DNA from: Balanoglossus misakiensis
Lineage: Eukaryota; Animalia; Hemichordata
NCBI GenBank assembly: GCA_040954595.2
Contig: CM082582.2
Span: 5,998,303-6,062,302, forward strand
Direction of reading: 5' to 3'
Length of the DNA: 64,000 nt
This document shows, one piece after another, positions 40,701 to 52,110 of the stretch. A program made the translations under genes and the position numbers. A model generated the notes under the pieces. That model made no database searches, had not been told where the DNA came from, and saw only the letters and a list, made by a program, of their open reading frames with translations. Positions within the stretch are counted from its first letter, which is position 1. The number at the start of each line of letters is the position of its first letter.

Positions 40701-43700
40701 TGGCGACCCTCTTATCGGACAGTATGTCAGCATTCAGTTGGCTGGTGTCACAGAATCCTTGACTCTGTGCGAGGTCGCTGTTGGAGGATTGCCTTTGCCA
40801 ACATTAGAACCTGCATTCACAACCGAAGGTAAGTTCAAACTGCAAATTGACATTGCTACAATGAATTGAGATTTGCATATGATAATGACGACTATTATTG
40901 TTCATTGATGGCGGACAGCATTTAGATGGTGCATGACTACATTTAGTCGATGCAAACACCCTTCAGCTGCACTGATGAGTAGTACATGTGCACTATTCGT
41001 AATGTCGTGAAAAGGTTAAAGGGTGACGATGGTCTTATGCGCATGTGCCAAACCAGAGACTTTGGTTTCAAAATTGTACACAGTCAATGCCATAAGGCAG
41101 TGTGCTGTATTAACAACAGACAAGATGGCGGCGACCATAGTCTGTGTCGAAGATCGGGAAAATACAGCGAATTAGGTGAAAAGAAGGGACAAAACTACAG
41201 TCTACTTATACGGTGCGCACGAAATGGAAGGAGGCGAAGGCAGTCGACGATTTGAATGCGTCGAATGCAAAATTCGCAGAAAAATTGCATTAGACGTATT
41301 TTTGTACACACGCACATGCGCATAAGACGATCACCGGCCTTGAATTTGCTTGAAGGTCACCTGACACACCTATATTGATCGTTCCCACAGATTGTCCTGT
41401 ACCCGAAGATCTCCCGAACGTTGCCGTTGGAAAGACTGCCACACAGAGTTCGAAGAGAGGCGGATCCAAGGCGAGCAAAGCTGTGGAAGGAAACGCAAAT
41501 AGTGACATGCTTGCAGGAAAGTCCTGTTCACAGACCAAGGCAGAGCTTCGCCCATGGTGGAAGGTGGATCTCGGAGAACCAATGAACGTGTACAAAATTT
41601 CCATCACAAACAGACAGGATTGTTGTGGTATGTGTGACAGTATTAAATATTTTTTTTATGTTTAGATTGTGGACAAATTATTAATTAGGAGATAAGAGTA
41701 TTAATGTTTTTTTTTTATTTTGGTGAAACGATTTCACAATGGGACCATTTAGCTGTTATCCCAGTTTCATACAAAATAACATACCATTCTTCAGCTGTGT
41801 AATAAACTTCATATTTGTGAATTTGACCATTCGACCAACCTTGAGCATCTATTTGCAATTTGTTGACAGTGGCAATTATTGATTATGTATAGTTGCTAAA
41901 ACAATGACGATATGTAAACCGTAGCATACGCTAACTAGGAAATGTTCTCTTGCCGCAGCTGAGAGGCTGATCAGCGCCGAAGTCCGCGTTGGAAACAGCG
42001 AAAACATCGAGGAGAATGCTGTGTGCGGCCACCGAATCTCCGAAGAGCATGCGCACCACGAAACCATTGAGGTTGTGTGTGCCTGCGGGGAGTCACTCGT
42101 CGGCCAGTACGTCAGTATTCAGATCACTAGCAGCGTACACGAGTCGCTCACGTTGTGTGAGGTAAGCATTGGCGGTCTCCCAATGCCAACCGAGGTGCCA
42201 GAAATCACGACCGAAGGTAAATTCTGTTTTGATGTCTAAACGTATACCTTGATTTTAGAGCCCATGGTGTGTATATAAGGAGTACAGTACAGTACAGTAC
42301 AGTACAGTACAGTACATCACGGTTAGGGTACTGTTCAGTACAGGTTTGATACTGTACGGTACGGATTCGATGTGGTACGATCCAGTACGGTTGGTAATGT
42401 ACAAGCAATAGGCTACAGCAGGAAGTTTGCTGCTTTGTAAACTACATGTACCTCTCCTTCCTCCTATCAGCATGCCCAGTGCCAGAGGACCTCCCCAACG
42501 CCGCGGTCGGCATGTCCGCCACGCAGAGTTCCCAGAAGGGTGGTGGCAGAGCCGACAAAGCCGTCGACGGTGACACCAACAGCGACATGTTGGCGGGAAA
42601 ATCCTGTTCGCAGACGACCAGCGAAGAAGAACCCTGGTGGATGGTCGACCTGGGAGAATCGCAGAACATCTACAAAGTGACCATCACCAACCGACAGGAT
42701 TGCTGCGGTGAGTTTCACGTAGGGCCTACACCTAACGCAATGGTGCAATATAGTGCAAAATATTGTGTAAAATTATGTTCTGTAGCACTTTAAGAGAGAA
42801 AGACAGAGAATTGCTGATGAAGGCAGAACGTCATCCATGATAGAAGGTTGATCGTGTGGAGAACCACACGACATATACAAAGTTGCAAGAACTGCCAGTC
42901 GTGTGTATCCGTCATTGCACATTGTTGAACTTGCTATAAGAACCTAGATTCCGCATGATGGGGTAGATTTTCTGACTGAGAATGCTAATGAATGTGTACA
43001 CAAACTTTACGGTAAATTGAGAGAAGGTCTTGGAAGGTTGATAAGCTGCTATCAGTGTAGTGGAACATTCATTCACCAGTCTCAGACAGTAATACTGTAC
43101 TCCCGTCAACTGATGGCTAGTCGCTGGGGCATTTAATGATATCATTAGCAGTTTACCTAACAGGCAATGTTTCTTTCAATAGCGGACGAGCTCCTGAATG
43201 CGGAAGTTCGAGTCGGCGACAGTGAAAACCTCGAAGAAAACGCCGTCTGCGGCGTTAGAATTTCCGAGAGGAATGTCAACAAGGAAACCATCGACGTCAT
43301 CTGTGACTGTGGCAATCCACTCATGGGACGATTTGTCAGCATTCAGTTGGTGGGTGTGACCGGATCATTGACGCTTTGTGAAGTCAGTGTTGGAGGTCTA
43401 CCGCTGCCAACGTTGGCTCCCGAAATAACAACACCTGGTAAGCGCATACATATTGTTCTTATCTTAGACCCTTGGGAGAGGGTCTTTGGTTTCTTATACA
43501 AGTAGATGTGATGTAAATAACGTATCAACTATAAATATACAAACCAAAACACTGTTCACTGACGTTTTATTTTGGAGCTGCTCTATGTGAATATTTGGCA
43601 CTCTGCCATGCGCGATGCCTGTCTTGTCACTTTTTGTCGTCTGCTTCGTGTTTAGGCCTAATGCTCGATCCCGGGCCACCTCGTGTTTACATTCATCCGG

Positions 43701-46700
43701 CGATGCGAGTTTGCTTCAGTTCGCGATTTCTTTTTCTGACGCTGTTTCGTTAAGAAAATGACACTGATGTGCCACAAAATCATTATTTGATATAATAAAA
43801 TAGCAATGACCCCCCGTCACATACGCTTGTGCTATATGACCAAACGTTTGGTATATTTCTGTCAACAGATTGTCCCGTACCCGAAGATCTCCCGAACGTT
43901 GCCGTTGGTAAGACTGCCACACAGAGTTCGAAGAGAGGCGGATCCAAGGCGAGCAAAGCTGTGGAAGGAAACGCAAATAGTGACATGCTTGCAGGAAAGT
44001 CCTGTTCACAGACCAAGGCAGAGCTTCACCCATGGTGGAAGGTGGATCTCGGAGAATCACAGAACGTTTACAAAGTCACCATCACTAACAGACAGGATTG
44101 CTGTGGTAAATGTTTGACCCAAGTTTTTTAACTGTAGTATCCGCTTCGAAAATCTATGCCTTAAACTTTTTTCACGTTTTGCTCAAGGCGACTTTAGATT
44201 ATTTTCTCTTAAAAGCGAGAGTAAAAAATAGGGACCACCGCGTAAAATTTTGTACATGAGAGCCAAATTTGTCTCAAATTGGAAAATAAAAATGGCCGCC
44301 AATCTGTGTGTTAACTCTATGGAGAAGATTTAAAGTTAGTGGTTTTTATGAAACCAAGAAGGTGAACACCCATTTTACATCTTCGCTTTCACGATGACAT
44401 CTCTCATACTAGAATATAAGCAAACATGTTCAATGTTTGAGAGTGTCTGAGGCGCGTAATATCTTAATCTTCTGGGTATTCGTAGTTTTACGTTGCACCA
44501 TTTGGATTGAAGTAAATGTGGTAATTGTACTAAAGTAGTGAGAAATGCCTTATTGACAACACTTTCGTTATTTATTTCTTCCGCCCAGCTGAAAGGCTCC
44601 TTAATGCCGAGGTTCGAGTTGGCGACAGTGAAAACTTTGAAGAGAACGCTGTGTGTGGACACAAAATCACTGAACACCACGTGCATCGCGAGACGATCGA
44701 AGTGACCTGCGCATGCGGGGAACCATTGGCTGGACAGTACGTCAGTATCCAGCTCGTGGGCGGCACTTTTGAAGCTCTTACTCTCTGCGAAGTCGACGTT
44801 GGAGCTCTTCCAATAGAAACCGCTGTTACAACTGAAGGTATTGCTGTTATTTTTTGCAGTAGTTTGAAATTGTTTTGACAAAATATGCATAATGTCCAAA
44901 AGGTTCAAAATTTATACATCTGCAAAATTGTCAATGTTAAGTGTAAAGGTATTTAACCAAAAACCAAAACACGACCAATAGCGTTTTATGCACGCCGTTG
45001 CCGATGGTCACTATGACTACACGAATGTCACCTGTGTTTCAATTGCAGTGTGTGTTGTACCTGAGGGTCTTTCAAATATGGCCGTCGGCAAAGAAGCGAG
45101 TCAGAGCTCCACTAAAGGGAAGCACGCGGCGTCCAGGTCTGTTGATGGCGACAAGGACAGCAACCTCAAAGGACAGTCGTGCAGCAAGACTGAAGAGGAA
45201 GACAGTCCGTGGTGGAAGGTTGACTTGGGTTCCAGCCAGGATGTCTACCAGGTCACAATTACCAACAGACAAGACTGCTGTGGTAAGTTTCCCTGCTTTC
45301 CATGGGGAAAACGGCGAGTCTAGTCCGGCATTGGGTTTTAGCCGGCCGCGCGAGTCTATGGGCCTACGACGTACGCGTTCACTCCACACGCGCTATAATA
45401 TAAATTGGTACAAATTTTGTTGAAATTTAATTTATTTAGAGAATAATTAGGCCCATAGACTTGGGACAAGTCTACAAATTCCCCAATATTGGAGGCTTGT
45501 ATTTCGGGACCCAATGGGCATTTTAATACAATTTCTCAGTACACTGGTCCACCCATAACGTTGCAATAATTCAGTTGTGTTATGTGTGAGGTTGACCTAA
45601 TTATTAACTTTTGGATGCTCCTTTCCAGTCGAATGATTTGTTGATTTTTCATTCTTCGTGTTTTCCTCCTAGCTGACAAGCTCCTGAACGCACAGGTCCG
45701 CGTCGGCGACAGCGAGGACATCGGAGAAAACGCGGCGTGTGGCGTCAAGATCAGCCAACACCACGTTGAGCAGGAAACGATCGAGGTCATCTGCGCATGC
45801 GGAGAAGCCCTCCAGGGAAGATACGTCAGCGTGCAGTTGGCCGGGGAGACGGAATCGCTCACTCTCTGCGAAGTAGAAGTTCTCGGCGGCAGTAGTACAG
45901 TTCCTACTGAGTGGACGACATCTTTCTTCACTGAAATCACGCCGACCCTGGAACCGCAGACCACAACTGAAGAACGTACGTTTGTTTCTGTTGTATTCAG
46001 AAATTGAGCGGCCATTTTCCACATGAGCCAACCCCACAAAACATCATATGAACAAAGAAACAACATGCAAAGACATATTAATCAAAACAGTACAACTTTG
46101 ACAGCTATCTGATCTGTGATTAGAGAAAAACGCACAGCAACTTCAGATCCAGAATAATTAAATGAATCAGTCTGTCACCTACTTTTTACATCAAGCAGAC
46201 TTGACACGACAACCAAAATCTCACATTGCCATTGATGATTTGCAAAGAAATCGTCTGCGTAAACAGTTCATTTATTAGTCAAGTCAAGTGGTCATATATG
46301 CTACACATGTGAAGATCCCGGTGTTAATTTAGTTTTATTTCGTGTTACAGCATGCATTCTGCCGGATGGTTTGGAAAATGTCATCACGTCAGAAATGAGC
46401 GTGGAACAGAGTTCAACCAAGAAGGCAGCCAAAGCTGAAAAGGCCATCGATGGTAATAAAGACAGCAACTTCAGGACGGGAAGATCCTGCAGCATGACCA
46501 ACAAAGAGTTTGAACCTTGGTTCAAATTGGATCTCGGCGAAGAGCGCGACATCTACAAAGTGACCCTCACAAACCGCATGGATTGTTGTAGTAAGTGCAC
46601 AGTTTGTCTGACCTGAGACAATTATTCAGTGTTTAGACTATGTTAGAAAGGTGGCGAGGAGAGGGGAGAGTAGTCATAAAGCTTTCGGGCGGCTACTGTA

Positions 46701-47813
46701 TCATGGATAGCTGAGAATTGAATGTGGCTGGGTACAGTTGTACTCAAGCTTAAGTTCGTTGTTTGTTGGTTGGTGGAAACAAAACAGATGCGTCCAGTGA
46801 CCACTACACGTATTTGCCTATTGTATGTAGAGCCGAATACTTATGGCCTTGACATTTCATTATTTGCAGTGTTCAGACTCAAGAATGCCGAGGTGCGTGT
46901 CGGAAACAGCCCCAACCCCCGGGAAAATCCCCTGTGCGGCGAGAGACCCCTCAAGGGCAGAACCGTCAAGAAGGAAACGGTGGACGTCGTCTGCGGCTGC
47001 GAGGCGCCGGTCACCGGGCGCTACATCAGCGTCCAGCTCTTCAACAGGACGCAGTTCTTGACCATCTGCGAGATCGAAGCCTTCGCGCTGCCCCCGGATG
47101 CGTGCCACCTGCCCGATCTGGTCAAGTTCCCGGCGGTAGAGGCGTCGCAGAGCTCCACCAAGGGCGGCAAGGGCGCGGAGAAGGCCGTCGACGGCGACAG
47201 GAACAGCGACTTCGCCGGTAAATCGTGCACCCTGACTGCGAGCGAGCAGTCTCCGTGGTGGAAGATGGACCTCGGTGAAAGCAAACAGATCTTCAAAGTG
47301 ACGATTACAAACAGAATGGACTGCTGCTGTAAGTATAATCGCCATAGTATCCACATTCTGTCCGTGCCTGGTTCAAGTTCAACCATGAAATATGACGTCA
47401 TCGTGCTTTTCTTCAATACTGATAATCAAACGCTTTTTTTCTTATTTGGACCAATGAAAGTTGTCTCTGTAATAATATGAGTTAATAATACCTAGATTTG
47501 AAGTAAAACTGTCGCAATGCAATGACAGACTTCAATTTTCAGTTTATATTATTGAAACTATAAAATTTGCTATTTCCCCCATTTTTCAGCTTGGAGACTT
47601 GAAAATGCCGAAGTTCGAATCGGAGACAATGCAGATTTCGGTCAGAACGCCCTCTGTGGCGCCCCGCTCGATCGAGACATTGTGAACCAGGAAACCATCG
47701 ACGTGATCTGTGACTGCCAGAACCCCGTCGGTGGTCGATATGTCTCCGTACAACTCCGTGACCTCACTCAAGTACTGACGCTGTGCGAAGTCGAAGTCTT
47801 TGGTGTTGAATAA
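4875..47813 (+). CDS. Giant secreted multi-lectin (about 7,150 aa, 70 coding exons): signal peptide - LamG/ConA-like - 26x pentraxin - acidic/PEVTEA stalk - 7x F-type lectin (fucolectin)
   Basis: Manual GT-AG splicing gives one continuous frame from ATG 4875 to TAA 47811-47813. Exon lengths sum to 21,459 nt, divisible by 3. There is only one signal peptide, no internal stop in the spliced frame and no transmembrane segment. Confidence 0.85.
6351..6986 (+). CDS. Exon 2: LamG-like / concanavalin A-like jelly-roll domain
   Basis: 'PVAFWPLD..LQDTSGNGNHG...YIEFPN...ITMSMYIYP...W.FVSASYD..TG.AKLW...QVYDRELT..E' matches the Laminin_G_3 pattern. Boundaries ttcag| and |gtatgt. Confidence 0.85.
7442..39016 (+). 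CDS. Array of 26 pentraxin modules, each a large exon plus a 103-121 nt exon
   Basis: Large/small exon pairs: 7442-7992/8426-8540; 8809-9350/9660-9774; 9976-10520/10774-10888; 11130-11668/11945-12056; 12174-12712/12887-13001; 13174-13718/13833-13947; 14112-14650/14949-15063; 15328-15866/16174-16285; 16563-17095/17429-17543; 17817-18364/18567-18681; 18927-19471/19796-19910; 20075-20613/20899-21010; 21340-21878/22254-22368; 22637-23175/23422-23536; 24006-24544/24783-24897; 25255-25796/26273-26384; 26658-27196/27571-27682; 27884-28416/28624-28744; 29144-29685/29984-30104; 30331-30866/31236-31347; 31532-32073/32391-32505; 32766-33283/33614-33728; 34128-34663/34848-34959; 35125-35468+35859-36053/36222-36333; 36600-37138/37479-37590; 37983-38521/38914-39016. 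Modules carry FT.CxW, the pentraxin signature WHHxCxTW, 'GGG.L.IGQ.Q...GG.F', 'FN.WS.VL' and 'CG..(V/I).W', with minor variants. Confidence 0.93.
19486..19649. mobile_element. Intronic hairpin MITE
   Basis: Left arm ttttcataagtccagcgccctca...gaacccagagcgaggccaatgg mirrors right arm ccattggcctcgctctgagttc...tgagggcgccagacttattaaaa. Confidence 0.75.
26420..26568. mobile_element. Intronic MITE-like inverted repeat (about 40-bp arms, AT-rich spacer)
   Basis: atatgagtagtatacgtgactatttgggcactcattatata ... tatataatgagtgcccaaatagccacgtatactactaatat. Confidence 0.75.
28833..29010. mobile_element. Intronic MITE-like element (28-bp imperfect inverted termini)
   Basis: gaaaacgaggccagtggatcacagagta ... 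tactctgtgacctactggcctcgttttc. Confidence 0.65.
32583..32701. mobile_element. Short intronic MITE (16-bp perfect inverted termini)
   Basis: gactctctcacagccc ... gggctgtgagagagtc. Confidence 0.65.
34740..34769 (+). repeat. (TTG)n microsatellite
   Basis: About 10 consecutive ttg units in an intron. Confidence 0.9.
35650..35712 (+). repeat. 31-bp tandem duplication inside the extra intron of pentraxin module 24
   Basis: aggattacttacatgggtaggc(c/a)tatactat occurs twice in tandem. Confidence 0.85.
39305..39883 (+). CDS. Stalk exons 39305-39370 (acidic, TDPDGNIDIEDQDEDEVTTIE) and 39617-39883 (PEVTEA repeats)
   Basis: Both are phase 1-1 exons with canonical splice sites, in frame with the pentraxin and F-lectin exons. 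Confidence 0.85.
39649..39846 (+). repeat. Coding minisatellite, 11 x 18 bp (CCAGAGGTCACWGAAGCW = PEVTEA)
   Basis: Tandem units counted directly, with degenerate flanking units PVTEQ and PVVTEG. Confidence 0.95.
40025..47813 (+). CDS. Seven F-type lectin (fucolectin/FTP) domains at the C-terminus of the giant lectin
   Basis: Exons 40025-40261/40574-40828; 41391-41627/41959-42216; 42471-42707/43183-43437; 43869-44105/44589-44837; 45049-45282/45673-45975; 46351-46590/46870-47328/47590-47813. Motifs 'N.AVGK.A.QSS', 'A.KAVDG', 'CS.T..E..PWW.VDLG', 'V.ITNR.DCC..RL.NAEVRVG' and 'G.YVSIQ...LTLCEV.V' define F-type lectin domains. Confidence 0.93.
42281..42315 (+). repeat. (CAGTA)n microsatellite
   Basis: Seven agtac units. 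Confidence 0.9.
42820..42884 (+). pseudogene. Degenerate fragment of an F-type lectin exon inside an intron
   Basis: aaggcagaacgtcatccatgatagaaggttgatcgtgtggagaaccacacgacatatacaaagtt aligns to coding aaggcagagcttcacccatggtggaaggtggatctcggagaa...tacaaagtc, with the WW codons changed to TGA TAG. Confidence 0.65.
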
Positions 47814-48588
47814 CCACGCGTGACTTGGCGGCTGAAATGATCAAAGATATTGAATTTATATTTTAATCTCACTGATTCTTGATAATTTGATTTTATCAAT
47901 CTTCTGATTAGCTTTGCCTTGGTAGAATATTTTTTTTTGACTGACTATGTCAGTACAATATATTTAATCGGAGTCTGAATTAATTGAATGGATTGTTCAA
48001 TTTATATAAAAGATTAGTAAGAGACGTGTGCACAATGTGCAGTCGAACGGAGAAAACAGGTAGACTTCCTTTTGAATTTAATAGTAAGAATATTGTAATC
48101 CCATCTCGCTAAATGATATGCATGTACCTTTTCTTTTTTGGTATCCATTAAATATGGCGCCTTTTGGTGTGCAAACGGGTAAATTGAATACGACTCATTT
48201 TTTCGACAATATTTAAAACACAATGGCACATTCACACACTGGCATTCACGGTGAACTATTTTAAAACGACAATAATTGTCAGACAAAGAAAGAAACTGGT
48301 CTTGGCTTTTCACAAAATGGGGCGGCGGTGCGAATTTTAGCGACAGAACTATTATTGCTGTCTTCTGAGGTGCAATAAAATCAGAGAAAGACTGTACGCC
48401 TATGGTTATAAATACCCATGCATCAGTACTTATAGACACGTTTTATGGCATAAAACATTGGTATTTTTGTCTCTGGCATATCATATGTTTCTTTATATAA
48501 AATATATGCATTCACTGAACGTTTATTCTTTCAAAACACTGTCGCTTCCATTTAGCTGGCTTCCGTCGTTACACTACAGATATAAAAC

Positions 48589-50288
48589 ATGTGAGTCTAC
48601 AGTTTCGTTCTTCATAATTTGTTAATAGACGTATCGCATCAATAATGCTTAGACTTGACAGCATGGGCTGTGATTTCGGAAGCGGGTATAAATGACATGT
48701 TTCCATACACACACAATGTGGACATACCGTCCCATTGGACTGAAGTAGATGACACTCGTGCATGTAGATGGAGGCTACGATATGACTCAGTCCAGATACC
48801 CAAAACTATCACACTGATATGTCGGTTTTTGCACCTGTATATGATGCTAGATGTTTCTCAAATCCCCGTGATAAATCTGTGTGTACGGTATACTTCCCTA
48901 ATATACGTGTTCAACTTTCAGGCGTTCTGTGAAGTTCTTGATAACTACCCTGCCGTCTCTTTTGGCACTGGTGAACGCGAGCGGCGAACACCCGTTCCGT
49001 TACAAACCGTGGATGTGCTCGCACGGCTCCTTCCGTTTCTACGACAACGTCATCTGGAACATCGTGGTTACAAAATCGATTGAATGCTTCGACGAGATAG
49101 AGATGTTGCCCGCAAAACTCGGAAATGAAACTCCAGTTCAGACCTACAATATGTATGAGAATGTTGGCGCGTTTATTGGGCCAACCGAGGCATTTAGGGT
49201 AACGGCAGTTGTGGCGGACAAATTGGATGACGTCAACTTGGTTAGAATTTGTACAATATTATAAGAAGGGGGATAATTGATGCCTTTATAGTGGCAACAA
49301 ATCGCGGCAGAAAAGAATTTGCTTTGAATCTGGATTTGATTTTGGCAATACATGTATCACATTTAGAAACTGTTTAAGATTGGTCAAACAGGAGCTTATA
49401 GGCCTAAATCTCCATATTTGTTTACTATTCAACTTGTCACATGTCCATCGCTAAAAAAGTGGACGGTTGATGTAGTGCATATTACGGTGAACTAAAGAAG
49501 TGTTAACGACCCCTATAGCCTGTGGTCCAACATACTGCCTTGGGTAAAAGTGCTTTACTTTCTACATTATCAGGGAACAAAGATTGAAGATGATTTGGTG
49601 ACTGATTGTTTAAACTGTACTGCAGATTTCTATGCCGACTACTCTTTCAGAGTGATCTGCGAGAAAATGGCAGTAAGTATTTTCTATTGGAGTTATCAAA
49701 TATTTTTGAATACACGTCATAAATACATGTATGCCAAATCACACCGTCATGGCTTCTTGAAACCTCTTGGTACAATTTCACTTCAGGTTGCATTATACAG
49801 TATTTGTCGCTCATTTTAGCATTTTGAGAAGTATTTATGTCAAAGGAGAAATCCAAACAACGTTTTGGGTAGATTTCAATGCGCCCGGCAAAAACATAAC
49901 AAAACGGACGGTGTCGATAGCCATATAGCCTGGTTGTGCCTATTGACACACGGGTGTCAATAGAAAAGGGTCAAGTCCGTGAAAAACACACCAGGAAGTG
50001 ATGTCAGGTGTTTCGAAAAGAGTAGGCGCGCACTGCCCTTGGTGTGTTTTTGAACAAATAGGTCGCACATGCGCAGTTCAGACGACCTTCCCTCTTGAAC
50101 TGAACATATCAATTTGATTTCTTTCACCTTGACAGGAATGCCCCGAGCGACTATCAAGAGGAATCTACTGGAACCCACCGGGGAACGTCACCTACTCCAC
50201 CGATCTGTTTTACTGCTCTTACAGACCACACCAGGCAGATACCGATTACCGCTATTGCATGAACTATGATCATCATGAAGATAACTAG
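48589..50288 (+). CDS. Uncharacterised 190-aa secreted protein with 8 Cys; exons 48589-48590, 48922-49240, 49574-49672, 50136-50288
   Basis: aaaacAT|gtgagt ... ttcag|G gives MRSVKFLITTLPSLLALVNA (signal-peptide-like). Later introns are phase-0 GT-AG. TAG at 50286-50288, AATAAA near 50368, TATA-like motif near 48495. Confidence 0.72.
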
Positions 50289-52110
50289 GCCATCCCCTGA
50301 TATGGGTATTTCATGTATTTCCCACGTAACACATAGATGTCACAGATGAGAGGCGAATAATTTAAGAAATAAATGACACATCTAAACACTGTTGGGTACT
50401 TCGTTCACATTCCCGTATCATCCACTCTGGAATATAAAGTCCATAGAAAAAAACTCACTTCAGTACATGACGTTGGGAAAGTTTCAACGTGTTTGACCAC
50501 TTCCGACATTTATTGAACTAATTTGCATACCAAAAGTTGTTAGTATCTGACAACATCCCTGTGACGGACGTGCAGTTTCATTCAAGAAAGAATGAATACA
50601 ATCACAAAACGCAAGAGTTCTATAATGTCTACCAGCGGTCCAAAACCAATACACTCCACAAACTAAGTAACTACGGGAAAAAAGCGACAAAGTCGCTTTC
50701 TTTTGATGGTATAATATATTTAACAAAAATGTACCGTGCAAGAAATCGTGATTTTTTCGACTTCCCAAGAGATGGTAAAGATAAAAAAAACACAGCTTCG
50801 CTTTTTTTCTTATGGCCAGGATGAAGTACAGAAACACCTATGGCCAGTCAAGAGACTTTACTAAACCGGTCTGTATAGACAGGTGGCCTTTATTGACAGG
50901 TCAACTATGTTAACTGCACAGGGACTGTTGGAAAGCGGCCAAACGCGCAAGGTGACCATTCAACATTATTGGAATATAGTCACGGCAATCTTGATACGTA
51001 TACTCATTGTAGATGTTTGAGTTAAAAAAAAAATGAAGAACCAACTACATTCTTGAAATAGGCAGTGACCCGTTCTCTTTACTACGAGGGCGCTGAAATC
51101 CATATGAAAAAGCGCCAGACCACAATTAAGGAAAAGCATTCTGTACGTAAATATTTTTGCAATATACACAAATAGTGAAGCTAAAAGGTACATGTGAAAA
51201 CAAAATTACATATCCTTTGGTAATGAATTAATCAATAAATCGGGGTAAAATTCAACCATTCGAAGTGGCCCAGCTTTGAAGAAAACTATATCATATGCCA
51301 CCTGGGGGGTCGCAGTTCAAAATGTTAACTGGACCACCTGTACCACTTGATACCAAAACAACGGGCTGGCTTGCAGCTGCCACGCGGAAATATTGCAATA
51401 ATCATGAAACTCCGTTCAAATTCTGTAACAAGAAAACTAAGTCTTTCCAGACAAGTCTTCTCAAGAAATCAGAGAGACCCTCGCAGTACATACATGTATT
51501 GTGGAGGGGAGAAGAAACGCAATGTAAACACTTTAGGTTCACTATTTTTACACAAGGGTCTACTTGACCAACAATTTTCAAAATCTGTAAAAATTAGTTT
51601 TTCGCATATAAAACGTGAATCAAACAAGATTGCTGACATTAATTGCAAAAGCAGGTCTGAAGTTTGTTTTCTGCAGACCTTCAATCGAAAATTTATTTTT
51701 TGAATATTCCTTTCCGAGTTCCTTATCAAGGACATACAATTGTACGTTAACTAGTATTACGCCAGCTGATCTGTTTGGGTTGAGTGAATATCTAGAACTA
51801 TCTATAACTGCAGTGTTTAAACCTTTCAGTAGATGCGACTTCCGGGGATTGTTCTCGCGTATGTTTGACAGATTTCAGGGAGAGTGGATGGAGAATTTTT
51901 GGGAAAAAATTGTTGGTAGATGGTGCGAAGTAAAAAAATTCTTCTGCAATGCCTTTAGGAAAAGGGTTGCCTGGCTATCAAATAAAAATATCACCGACAT
52001 ACCTACCCCCCCCCCAACTAATCAAATGGTTCTTCCCTAAGTTCTCCAATATTAAGACACATGCTGGGGTTTAGATATCAAAGTTCACTCTGCTTTGCTC
52101 TCATCATAAC

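Noticed and set aside
50840-52040. Single transposon-like ends near 50870-50910 and 51990-52040, and short ORFs in 50484-52040
   Set aside because: Only one terminus each, with no partner TIR, splice-consistent gene or protein motif.
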